DNA of 64,000 nucleotides. It comes from Podarcis melisellensis (lineage: Eukaryota). Where the stretch lies: assembly GCA_964234715.1 (NCBI GenBank), contig OZ174277.1; one strand, 5' to 3'. Of this stretch, positions 50,359-62,256 are shown one piece after another (position 1 is the stretch's first letter; each line of letters begins with the position of its first letter). The position numbers and the translations under genes are program-made. Under the pieces are notes generated by a model. That model saw only the letters and a list, made by a program, of their open reading frames with translations. It searched no databases and had not been told where the DNA came from.

Positions 50359-51833
50359 GCAATCACATTGAGCAACTTCAGTCAACTTACGTTAGTTCTC
50401 ATCAGTTCCAGCAAATGTCTAAGGACTTTCAGGCCTGGTTGGACAAAAAGAAGGAAGAACAGAATCAGCCTTGTCCCATCTCTACCAAGCTGGAGTCTCT
50501 GTGGACATTAATTGATGATCAGAAAGAGTTCAAGGCTGCCTTGTCTGACCAGACTGGTTCTTATGAAAAAATCATCACAGAAGGCGAAAGTTTACTCCAA
50601 AAGACTCAGGGAGCAGAGAAGGCTGAGCTGCAGGCCCAGCTGAACTTGCTCAGAGTTAACTGGGATGAAATGAACAAGCAAGTTAAAGAAAGGCAAGATA
50701 AATTAAACGATTGTTTGGAAAAAGCCCTTAGATACAGAGAGCATGTAGAAAACCTACAACCCTGGATAGCGAAATGCCAAAGCAATATCTCTCAAATAGA
50801 AATGAGCATAGATCCTGCTCGGCTAGAGAATTCCATCGCTCAGGTGAAGAGCTGGCAGAAGGACCTAGACAAACACCAAGGGTTGGTGGAGCTATTAAGT
50901 AATGCAGCTGAGGCATTACTCAGTGCCTGTCAGACAGACAAAGACATTATTGAAGAGGAGAAGACACTGCTGATCCAGAACATGGATATAGTCACAGAAC
51001 AACTGCATGCTAAAAGAGATGGTCTGGAAAAGATGTCTCAGAGACTGAAAGAGTTTCAAGAGTCATCAAAGGACGTTGAAGAGCAGCTGAAGAATGCCAG
51101 AGAACAGCTGGAAACACACGATTCTCTCAAACCCCAGACTTACAGTAACAAACACTTGACGATTATGCAGGCTCAGCAGAAAACACTCCAGGCCGTGAAG
51201 GCTCAAGTGGACCTTACAAAAAAGCTGGCCCAAGAACTGGTGGCAGATGCTTCAGATTCATCAGGTGTCTCTGACCTCTTGTTGCAGGCAGAAACATTAG
51301 AAGAAGAATTCAGCACCATCAGTCAGCAGGTTGAAGATAAATGTTCATTCCTGGAGACTAAACTCCAGGGAATTGGCCATTTCCAAAACAGCATCCGAGA
51401 GATGTTTTCTCAGTTTGCAGAGTTCGACGATGAATTGGACAGCATGGATTCTGTGGGTAGGGATCTTGTCACACTGCAGTCACAGCGAAAGGATATAAAA
51501 ACTTTCCTGAAAAAGTTGGAGGAACTCATAACCAGTAATGAAAATGCAAATAATACCTGCAAAATGATGCTAGCAAATGAAGCTGAAGCTTCTCCAGATC
51601 TTGCAGGTATAAAAAGGGACTTGGAGGCTTTAAATAAGCAGTGCAACAAGTTGCTAGATAGAGCAAAAGCCAGAGATGAACAGATTGAAGGGACTATTAG
51701 CCGCGTTGAAGAGTTCTACAGTAAACTAAAGGGGTTTTCTAAACTGCTTGGGGAAGTTGAAGAGCATGAAGAGTCCCAGGGGTCTGTTGGAATGGAAATT
51801 GAGACGATAAATCAGCAGCTGAACGTATTTAAG
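50359..51833 (+). CDS. DST: Dystonin large spectrin-repeat exon (GNHIEQLQS...[29 protein letters not shown]...NVFK)
   Basis: ctgcag|GC ... AAG|gtaaga, 1475 nt, phase 1-0; the next constitutive exon lies beyond the window. Confidence 0.95.
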
Positions 51834-52646
51834 GTAAGAAGGACCTTTCTAAGTTTTTAGAATTCTGTATTGTAAAATGAAAACTGTAAGAATATTGTGA
51901 CGCGAGCTCCTTAGTAGTCTAGACCCCCAAGGAAAAGTGATTGGGTTGGCCCTCCTTTTTCAGCTTATAGATCATGTGTTGTAAGCCAGTCAATTTCTTA
52001 AGAATTGCGTTCAAAGTCATTTTTCATGTTTCCCAACAGAGGGTGCTTTTTGCCTATTTTAAGACGAGTGAGATCTAACATAACATACATCCCACCCAAT
52101 GCATTCCCGTCTTGAGATCTAAAGCTTTATTAATAAGCAAGTTTTGTTTGTTTGTTTATGAATTCAAATGCTTCCTCTAATTTCAACGGATAAACATAAT
52201 TGCTGCAAAATAGTTACATCATAACATTTTTATTTGCCTTGTAATGAATAAGACTTAAGTTGTCCAACAGGAAGTGATATCACATGCTCCTTTGGTTTGG
52301 GGGTCCTTGGAATTTACAAGTAATTTGAGGGTTGTGGTCTGAAGTTGTATGAAGTGTTCTCAGCTCAGTGTTCTCATGAAGCAATTTAGAAACTGAGAAG
52401 ATGGTCTTCTCTTTGGTCAAAAGTTATTAGAGAAGCATTCTTAAGTTGTTTTAAAACAAAATGTCCTGCATTTTGCTTTGAAGATCTCCAGCAAAGCTGA
52501 GCTTCTTGTGTTCTCCTCTCCTCCCCTCTCCCACAGCTGACATGATTAATGGTAATTTAAAAACTGGCTGGGTGCAAATACACTAAATCATGGTTCCATT
52601 CAAGCACGCAGAAGGGTTGTCAACTGCAGCTTTTGTTATTCTAGAG

Positions 52647-52782
52647 CAAGGCTTTCCAAACTTGGATCTCCAGCTATTGTTAAACTACAATTCCTATCAT
52701 CCCTGACCACCAATCCTGCTAGCTAGAGATGATGGGAATTATAGTCCAACAACAGTTAGAGACCCAAGTTTGGGAAACACTG
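52647..52782. mobile_element. Palindromic hAT-type MITE
   Basis: tttccaaacttggatctccagct..actacaattcctatcatc / gatgatgggaattatagt..gagacccaagtttgggaaa; TSD-like ttctagag / ccctagag. Confidence 0.75.
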
Positions 52783-54099
52783 CCCTAGAGCTTAACTAAC
52801 ACAGTTCAATTTACTTTAAAAGTTGGGATTCTTTAAGAATCTTTATATTTCCTTTGCTTCCCATTGTTACTATACTGCCCGGCTGAGGAAGCTCAGCGCT
52901 TCTGTGGCAGGAGAGCCTTCTCAGTGAACAGATTGCTGAATGATGGGATAGAATGAGGGCAGGAGCAGCCCTGAACTTTCCCCACCTCCACACCCATTCA
53001 GAATATAGCCATAATCTTTCCCAGAGAGCAAGACAAAGCACAATGAACACAGCCTCCAGCATCCCACGCCCCAGAGGCATTGCACAGGCATGCAGGAAGA
53101 AATAGATCCTGCTCTGAGTAGTGTGTTTATATCAAACAATTCCAAATAAAAGACAATGGGGAGAGGAACTGAAGAAGCTGCAATTCAACTGTCTTCTCTG
53201 ACAGCTGGTGCTTATATATGTATTAGCGGCAGATATTTATTTCATTTACTATGCGTACCATATGAAGAGCCAGCCCTCCTGTGACAGAGTGAAGGTGAGG
53301 TCAAGCAGAGTCCTGGGCGAGGTCCAAAAAGGCTGAGATTAGCTTTCATTCCTGGGGGTTGTCCCAAGAGTCATGACCTGGGATCATGCCAGGCATTATG
53401 CAGTCAAGAGGTTTCATCCAAACCTGGTTCCCAGGATCAAGAAAAGTACTGATCAATCAGTCAGGGCAAAACAAAGAAGTGTGGAAGTGAGCTAAGGCAA
53501 GGGCAACAGGCCACTGGCTGTGCATTTGTTCTGCTGAAGCATAGTTCTGGTTTCTGTCTTGTAACCCCGGCCCTCATCCAAGAAAGCTGTCTGGCAGAAA
53601 TTATTTTAATATCCAGTGTGCCTAAGATAAACTCAGTGGCTGAAAGCAAAAAAACAACAACCCAGCCTTGGGCACTAGGTGTTAACTTCCATGCCATAAT
53701 GAACTTTCATTTCCTAAGATGGCACAGAAGGGAAGCACAACACTAGGTCCTCTTGCCTGCTCAACACCAGAATCAGTAGAATAAAGGCATATAAAGGCCT
53801 GAGCAAATGAGACATCATTTACCTGGCATACAAAAAATAACAGAAGGAGCCCTTCTGAGCCAAAGATAGAGCTCCCCTGATGAAAAAGCCCTCTTTCAGG
53901 TTATCAAACAATAGGACCTGAAGAGATATAACAGTGGGCAGTGGAAGAAACCACTTTTTAAGGTACACTTGCTTCCAAGATGGGTTTTTTAAACTTGAAA
54001 GTCATAAAAAGTACTTAAAGGATTGCTTTTTCCTATGTATTTCCTTCAGTGTGACCAAGCAACGTCAGAGGTCTTGCTTTGCATCTCCCCAACAGCAGA

Positions 54100-54340
54100 T
54101 ATGCAATGGGTGAGAACAATGAACAGGGCAATATCAGTTACGGCACCAGTGCTCTGGACTGCCCTCCCCAGGAATGCATGTCTGGACCCACCATTGCGTA
54201 CATTTCACAAGCTCTTTAAGAGCTCTTTTGCAAACCCTTTGATGGCTCTTAGCAGATCTCTCTGCTACTGTGATGATAGTGGTTGTGCTACTACCATTTG
54301 TTTTTCTGTATTGTTTTACTGGCTTTTCTTTTCTTTTATG
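54100..54340 (+). mobile_element. L2-like LINE 3' remnant
   Basis: acagggcaatatcagttacggcaccagtgctctggactgccctcccc..tttcacaagctctttaagagctc resembles L2 ORF2 end (RAFSVAAP.LWNALP). Confidence 0.5.
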
Positions 54341-54559
54341 GCTTTCCTTGCCATATAACAATGCAAGGTATCCCCCAGATAAATATGGGATGAGCAGACG
54401 TTTGAGAATTTCCCCTGTCTTTCTCCACCACATCCTTGAAAGGGGATCAATGATATCCCTGAGGAGCTGTAGTCTATGCAATCTACTGGCCTGTTCAGGC
54501 TTTCTTTTTGTAATTTGCAGTAAGAATTGGAACAATTATGTTACCTCTTTGGGTAAAGT

Positions 54560-55500
54560 TTGTAATTCTTACTTCATTTTATAATGTATATGGAACAGTT
54601 AGAACAAGAGACAAAAAATAAAAGATGAAAAACAAAACTATAAAATAGGAATGTAGAATGAGTTAAAATAACAAAGTAAAGACTTTCAACTTTACCAGAT
54701 CATCTATAGTTACAGATTTGCCAGGCATGTGACAAAGGTTGTCTTGAAAATTATGGTGCCGCGGTATATGTCATAAACCAATGCCAAATCACATCAAAAG
54801 TGTAAGATTTGGGCTGTTTTCTCTTGAGTTGCAATTACTATTCATTCTGTCAAGATCATATATAAGACTAGTTCTTTTGACAATATATATTTACATTGGT
54901 ATCATCAAAAATATTCAGTAACATTAATTTTGGACAACAAACAATATTTTCTTTAGTGATATTTATCATTTCTCTCAAAATTAAATTAAATTTTGCACCA
55001 ACTGACATTCCCACTATAAATAATAATATGTGGCAAGTTTATTGCAAACCCTCTAACAGTCAGGTGATATAGAATAAAATATTTTTGACATTTGCAAAGG
55101 CTTGCAACACCATCTGTGTAACATTTTAAAGTTTTCCCTAAGGAAACCAGAAACAGATTTTTAGGGTCATGATGCCCAGGTTTTATTCCAGTCCTTGGGA
55201 ATAATTTGTGTGCCAATATCCAGTTCCCATATCTTGTTAAGGGGTGGCATAGATCCATAAGTTACATTGAGCAACGTAGAGTACAGTTTAGAAACTAATC
55301 TTTTCTCCCCTCTACCCATTGTGCTTAATAATTTTTCAGATGGTGTTTTAATTAAATTCATAGTTTTATTTTTAAAAGAACAGGTAAAAACACAAGCTCT
55401 AAGACCCTTGTCTTAGAGCTTGTGTTTTTACATGTTCTTTTAAAAATAAAACTATAAATTTAATTAAAATAAATCCAGTTTGTATTAAGTTAAGCCTTCT
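54560..55500 (-). mobile_element. Decayed L1/Tx1-clade LINE ORF2 3' region
   Basis: Minus-strand fragments KLVSKLYS, KIWELDIG, ATYYYL*WECQLVQNF (cysteine-rich C-terminal motif of L1 ORF2); AT-rich and disrupted. Confidence 0.6.
55346..55469. repeat. 124-bp near-perfect palindrome (60-bp arms, 4-nt spacer)
   Basis: 55346-55405 is the reverse complement of 55410-55469 with 2 mismatches. Confidence 0.95.
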
Positions 55501-55661
55501 TTCTCTCTGACAGTTTTCACAATTTTTTCTTAATGTCGCAAGTAAACGCTGCACTTTATGGGTTTAGACTGCAACAAGCTCTTTCTGTGTCTGATTGTGT
55601 TTGGGGAACTTCTGACTTGGAGAACTGGTGTTTCAATACGTGCGTGTGTATTGGGATAACA

Positions 55662-56015
55662 GTAAAGGTAAAGGGACCCCTGACCATTAGGTCCAGTTGT
55701 GGCCGACTCTGGGGTTGTGGCGCTCATCTCGCTTTATTGGCCGAGGGAGCTGGCGTACAGCTTCCGGGACATGTGGCCAGCATGACTAAGCCGCTTCTGG
55801 CGAACCAGAGCAGTGCACGGAAACACCGTTTACCTTCCCACCGGAGTGGTACCTATTTATCTACTTGCATTTTTGACGTGCTTTCGAACTACTAAGTTGG
55901 CAGGAGCAGGGACCGAGCAATGGGAGCTCACCCTGTCACGGGGATTCGAACCGCCGACCTTCTGATCGGCAAGTCCTAGGCTCTGTGGTTTAACCCACAG
56001 TGCCACCCGCATCCC
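55662..56015 (-). mobile_element. Full-length Sauria SINE
   Basis: Minus-strand 5' gggatgcgggtggcactgtgggttaaaccac, B-box ggttcgaatcc, 3' tail (acCTTT)n; TSD-like tgtattgggata (55647-55658) / tgtattggggta (56017-56028). Confidence 0.92.
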
Positions 56016-59000
56016 TTGTATTGGGGTACTGTATATTTATTTATTTATTTATTATTACATTGTATATCCCACCTTGCCTCCAAAGAGATCAAGGCAGCAT
56101 AAAGCTCCCCCCCTCTCCATTACCCTCACAACAGTCCTGTAGGCTAGCCTGAGAATTGGTGACTAGCCCAAGGTCACCCAGTGAGCTTCATGACCAAGTG
56201 GGGATTTGAAGCTTGTTCTCCCATGGCCTAGCATGACACTCTGATTTATTTGTTTATTTATGAAAACACTCAGCATGTTCATTCCATGTACATTTTATCT
56301 AGAACATCTTTGGGTTGTATTCACTTAGTCATGCTTAGAGTAGACCCACTGGAAGCGAACGGGACTTAAATCAGTTCTAAAGCCCTGTTGATTTCAATGG
56401 ATCTACTCGTAAGCACGACTAAGTCTGGATCCAATTTGCTTGGCAGAATGTGTTCATCACATGCAACAATGCATTTTGGCAACAGTTGCACACAGAGCTT
56501 CACAAATCCCTGTTGTTGGACTACAAAGATTAGTCTCTTTCTTTGTCTTTAGCATCCGATTCAGGTTATGTGAGGGCAACTTGAATGGGTTTAATAGCAC
56601 ACTTCTGAAGGTCCTTTCAGAAGGACCTCTCTATTTCTTGAAGATATGCACCTATGTTTGCAAAAAGAAGAAAGACAGCTTTGTATTATTATTTCTATGA
56701 ACCATTCTATGAATGGTTACAATGGGGGGGGGGAACGAACAAGGGCTAAAATGTTTTGATTTGAAAGATAGCTAAATTGATCTTTTAATCCACTCCTTGA
56801 CGATACCTGATGGGTATTTTTATATGTTTTATTACAAATACTGTGTGTTTTAAATTTTGTTTCCCCTCTCTGATTATTTGGGGGGGGGGGGGTTCTTGTG
56901 TTTATTTTGATTATGCATTTTGTGTTTTTATATTGTGATTTTATCCTGTGAACCGCCCTGAGACCTGTGGGTATAGGGCGTTTGTTTAATTAATTAATTA
57001 ATTATATTATTCCTAATAATCTGTATTATCTATTTTTATATATTTAAATGAGTTTTAAACCATGCTTCATTTACAAATAAGAATATGAAAAGTGGTTCAC
57101 ATTATCCACTTTATCCATTAATAAGCCAACAGTCAACCACAAAAGTGCGGGCTTCTTTCAGACAGTGACATGGTTTTCACGCCACACTAAGACAAACCAT
57201 GTCTTAGTGCAAGTGTGCAGCTCCTGGAGAGGAGATAATGGTCATCTTGCTGCTCCACAGTTGTTTTGCTGCTGCACCAGACTGAGCTAAGCCATGGTTT
57301 GACTTGGCCTGTCATCTTAATTTGGGCTTGTGGCATGTCTCTCTCCAGCATAATCATGATCTGTAACCAAGGTGTTTCCTGTGGACGACCACCATTTGAG
57401 GCAGAGACCTAGCTTTTTGGTCTCCATTCCTTGTTTTAGCAGTAGTCTCCAGTGAGGGGTTGAGGGTATGTGTATTGCTGTTGTCCATAAATGCACCATC
57501 TCCTGGGACACGCTATCAGAGGGTCTGTACCTGGTGCTTGGCCAAAGAAGCAGACTGGGATGCTGCTGGTCTATCAACTACCCTGTTGCCCAGCAGCATG
57601 CTTGATCAAGCTAGTCAAGGTAGTCTCTGGACTACTTCAATATCCATTAGAGGCTGCCACTGTATTGGCTGAGCTCAAGATTTAAGGATTTAAGATTTGA
57701 TGGTAGTCTTTGCCCCAAATGACCTGAGGGATGGACTGAGGTTGGGTGTGGAAGTGCACTGCTTTGTCATGGTCCGATCATTTCCTGGTATAGTTTAGAT
57801 TGGTAGCAACAATTTCCTGACTGGCAGTTGCCATTAGAAGTTTTGTGGCCAGGTACCATAAGTATGCTGGTGTCACTCAGCCATAACATCTGAATTAGGA
57901 GCAGTTGCGCATGCCTTGGAACAGTGCCTGGACCCAGTTTTAGCTTATTGATGTCTTTACTTGTTTTGAATGTTATAAATACTTGTTTTTAGTGATTTTT
58001 TTTACTGTTATTGTTACTGGTTTATTCTTTTTGTAAACCGCTCTGAGGTTTTATTATAATCAGTGGTATATAAATGTTGTGAAATAAACAAACAAATATA
58101 CATGACGTGCAAAGCAGACCACTAAGTAATAGTAAAGTAATAAAGGTCAAGTGGTAGTCCCAAGCTCATTGGAGGAAGGGAATAGCAAATTGGAATTGCG
58201 ACTAGTGACTCTGCTTTGAAATCATTAACAAGAACGGTGGTCCATAGGCATATATTTTTACAATTAACAGTAGTCAGTCCACTTTTAACAAGTATTGCTT
58301 TTGGGTAGCTGAGAAGAAGATTGTCTGCTTGTAGTTCTTATATCTTATCTATCGGTATTTACATAGAGAAAAGAGGATTTTGTTTTGTATTCAGAAATCC
58401 TACCCAAGAACAAATCTTCCAGTGTTTCCATTTTCAGTTACTTACAGTAGCTGGCATATTGTATTTCATGGTGTTTCTCTTTCATTCTCTCACTTTCATT
58501 CAGTTTTATTGTAGACCTTTGTGCTTTAAAGAAAGTACGCATTGAATGAACGTGGGCAAAAGAAAAATTCAGCAGATGAACTTGCTTTACTTGGGTTACA
58601 CCATGCCCATTTCCTCACAAAGAGCCAACCAGCTAAGATGATCCTGAAAAACAAAAGCCCTTGTTTAGTTTGTATTTTGCTGAACATTTTAATGAGCTAC
58701 TTCATGCTAGGGTGGGGTTGTGGGGAAGCAGCGTTCAATCTCTGCCACGTAATTACAATCCTTGAAATGTCTGCAAAATATTTCAGCCATAAACCTGCCA
58801 CACTCTTTATTTATTCTTTTATTTATTAAAGCACATGGATTTATGTCAGTTTCTATCACTGAATGGCTCATTAAATCCCCTCCCCCATTTAGACCATTAC
58901 TAGATGCGGAAAGGGTCGTTTCAGTATATTTCCAGTGTTCAGATATATGTCAAGAGGTGCCTTCTAATTGCGCTTCATAGGAGATCTGGGCCCGGATGAA

Positions 59001-60699
59001 TATTCCAGTTGATGAGCTTGAACTAATATTTAAATTGGTTTAGGTCGGTGTCGTAGATGGTGGCCTCTTACCTTGTTGATTGAATCAGTGCAATGTGTTA
59101 ACTCTTCCCTGAAGTACATGGTTTCTTTTCACAGGCGCCTTCAAAAGTAAAATTATATTTTCTTGCTGCATCAACTTCAATATTTGCATCTGTTTTGCAG
59201 CTTAAATATAAAATGAAAAAAAGAATAATAATTTATTATCACTACATTAAAGAAAAAACTCGACATACATTTGGGGTGGCTGTCTGCATACAGACCTTAT
59301 CCTTTGTCCAGAGCCCTCTGTATATTCTAATGCTCACATGGAGCTCCTTTACAGATGGTCTTCCCCATTCATTTAAATGGAAGGAGTAGCTGCGTGTGTC
59401 AGTTCAGGTGCTGCCTTGGACATGTACAGTGCCTGTTCAACAAATCCATGCTCAGCTGACTATAAATACATTCTGGGTTGGGAGTGACAGACTTCCTTCA
59501 AAGGAGGGTCTTAAGATTGATTGTCATTCCAGTACTGACCCATTTTGCTGCTTGAAGCAGAGCCCAAATAGTGTCTCCTGCCCCCCATCCAGGGCCACTG
59601 TTTTGAAAACACTTGCTGCACTTTATTTGGGAATATCCTTTGTGGCACACAATAAGATTTAGTTTGGAGTAGTGAATATGTATGGCAATGGACTGCCAGA
59701 AACTTCATTCCTGTCTGCGACTATCCCTTCTTATAGTGCTGCCTTCCCAAGGGAGGGGAACTTTTTCTGCTGTAGTTTTTGTGTATGGTTTGTTGTGACT
59801 GCAGCTTGTGGTATGAAACATTGTCTTTTTAGTGGGACATGATTGTTGTTAACAACGTGGGCATTTTTATATGTAGATATGCTGGTATACATATGGCAAA
59901 TAAATTAACAATCCACCAGCCTTTAGAAATGAGCTGCTCTCCTTGCTCTGTATTATTTTTACTCTTTTTAGTGCTTTAGCTATTTATTTTATTAAAAATA
60001 TAATATGCCTTCCATCTAAATAGATCCAGAAACAAATAAGTAAAACTAGTCATGCTATTAACTCAATATAGTGTGGTTTTTAGGAGTACTGTACTGGGTG
60101 AGATTTTTGAAAAGTTGCAGCACTTCTTTGCATGTTGGGATTTGCAGTTGTCTGAGAGCCAGGAAGTGTAAAAAAATATCAAGCAAATCCCTTTTCATTG
60201 GATTAACTGGATTGTGAATGAAGAATGCATTCTGTAGTCATTCAGAGAGACCAATTTGCCGGCTAAATCCCTAATTATAGAATATAATGTACATGTGTTA
60301 CAAATATAGAGCAAAGGATGCAATCCTATGGAGATTTTTCATGGGGCTTGCTCAGAAGTAAGATCTGGCTGTTAATTAAAATTGATTTATGGTGATGGTG
60401 GAAAGTAATTCAATTTGATTGAATTCTTATTATACAGCTGGTTAGTTTAGTTTATAATGCTACATACCATTAAAAGTGACCATCCACTATATTCAGATTC
60501 CTGTTAATCTGCATAATTTGTAAGTACTGGATTATTATTTTTGTTATGAAGCAGAATAAGTGCAGTTTGTCAGTGTTTTAGAAGGGTCCTGGGTAGTCTG
60601 GTCCATATTTGTATGGTGTCAGGTTACCTGGTTAAGCAACATGTAGTAAATTTTTGACATTTTGAACTAATTAGCACCGGTTTTTCCATTCTGCTTGTG

Positions 60700-61300
60700 A
60701 GCCACCACCCACCCACCCTCTTTTCCTCCAGAATTACAGAGCACAGACTCCGATATGCAGGAGTGCTGCAGACAGGAACTTGCTCCTTTGTGCACCTCCC
60801 CCTGAAAAGGCTCAGCCTCGTTCAGAGACAAGACAAACAGTAAAAGTGAAAGATGGCTAAGTAAAGTCATGTGGGGCAGGAAGCGTAAGGGGGAAGAGCT
60901 AAGAGGTCAGGCACCTCCTAATGCTCGGTTGGAATAATACTCAGGGAACGAATGCGATAGGAGCAGATGTTGCCTAAAGAATAGCAAAGGGCGTTTCTTT
61001 TAAGCTCACTATTGGGAGGGATGCCTGTCAGACCATAAGAAACCAGGGAGAGCCGGAAAGCTTATCAGCTGCGCTGGGCAGGACATGTGAGCGTTTATTG
61101 TTGTGAGCTCTTTTTCATGCCTTCTTCGCTACAGCTGCGCTTCAAGACGGAGATGAAAACAGTGACCACGCTCTTTTAGCCACCGTTTATGCCAAAAAAA
61201 AAAAAAGGCCTGCTGAATTTAAACAGAATGTGAATCTGTTGTGCCTTTGTGCCGGAGTGGAGGAAGAAACGCTGTAGTTTCCTGCTGTGTTGCCTTAAAA
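60700..61300 (+). promoter_or_regulatory. Putative internal promoter / 5' region for the KIAA0754-like exon
   Basis: About 15 CpGs in 60880-61280 in an otherwise CpG-poor window; no recognisable repeats; two CAGCTG E-boxes; about 1 kb upstream of the ATG. TSS not visible. Confidence 0.4.
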
Positions 61301-62256
61301 CAGGACAACAACTTTCAAGGAATGTGTTCTGCGAGTGAAACTGGGGGGAAAGTTTCTTTTTCTACTCATTCTGTTCCGTTGCTTTTTTGTATTATTATTT
61401 CATTGGTCTGGCTCCTCAGAAAACTGTTGTGTTTCCCATGGAACTTCTGAACGCGACACAGAGAAGCTTTAAGGAAGCAAGGAATAAACTGCCTTTTGAA
61501 TCGAGGTTATTTATAGCTGCTGCCAAAAAAGGGGGAGAAAGCTTCTTCTTTTATTATTATTATTATTACAACTCTGGATATACCTTTGTTTTTCCTGAAG
61601 CCTTTCTCTGTGCCTTGGTCTCCACAGTCCACAGCTCTTCTGGTTTCTTTTTCTTCAAAAGCGTCCACAACATGGCTTATTTATAAAGGAGATGGAATTC
61701 TGCAAGCCATTTAAATGGATTACAGTTAATCTGTCACCTCCTGAATATAGCGTGCTGCCTGCTATAATGCTGATTCATTTTGAAGACTTAATCTGGAGAT
61801 TTAAGACACACATTTTGACCTAAAAATTGAAATGGAATGCTATGTGGGAAGTTCTGAGTCTTTTGAGCCACTTAAAGATTTTCCTGGGGTTTGGGGGTTT
61901 GTACATTTTGTTGGTGTCTTTGTGCATTGAGTTAGTATTTTAAAATATTAAAAGGTGTGGGGTTTTTTTGTTTCCCCTCTCCCCACCCCCTTAAGCTCAA
62001 GCACTTTATATTTTAGGGGCAGGGGGAGAAATGTTTTAAATCACAGCCAGGTAAACTTACACAGATGCACTGATTACGACCTTAACCGCCTCATAAATTA
62101 TTTCCTGTGTTTTAGTATGTAAGCATCTTTCTGCATTTACTGTACTTTTTAAAAACTGCTTTTCTATTACTTTATTTTAATTTTTACTTTATGTGTGTTG
62201 CGTGTCTCCAATAAGATAGCCTAGCAGCAGTGCTAGACCTGTTAATTCCTGCAGAA

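Noticed and set aside
1-51833. Assignment to MACF1, plectin or desmoplakin instead of DST
   Set aside because: A BP230-type rod plus two-PRD terminal exon nested upstream of PRD2 and spectrin-repeat exons is specific to DST, and the exon peptides match DST as recalled.
55533-55895. 120-aa ORF
   Set aside because: Runs through the Sauria SINE; not coding.
57370-57900. Possible additional LINE or processed-pseudogene fragment
   Set aside because: Slightly GC-richer, coding-like texture, but no motif I can assign with confidence.
62230-62256. ORF-track start MLDLLIPAE for the 470-aa ORF
   Set aside because: It is a GTG codon; the first ATG (62257) has a strong Kozak context and matches the KIAA0754-like MGKPLS start.
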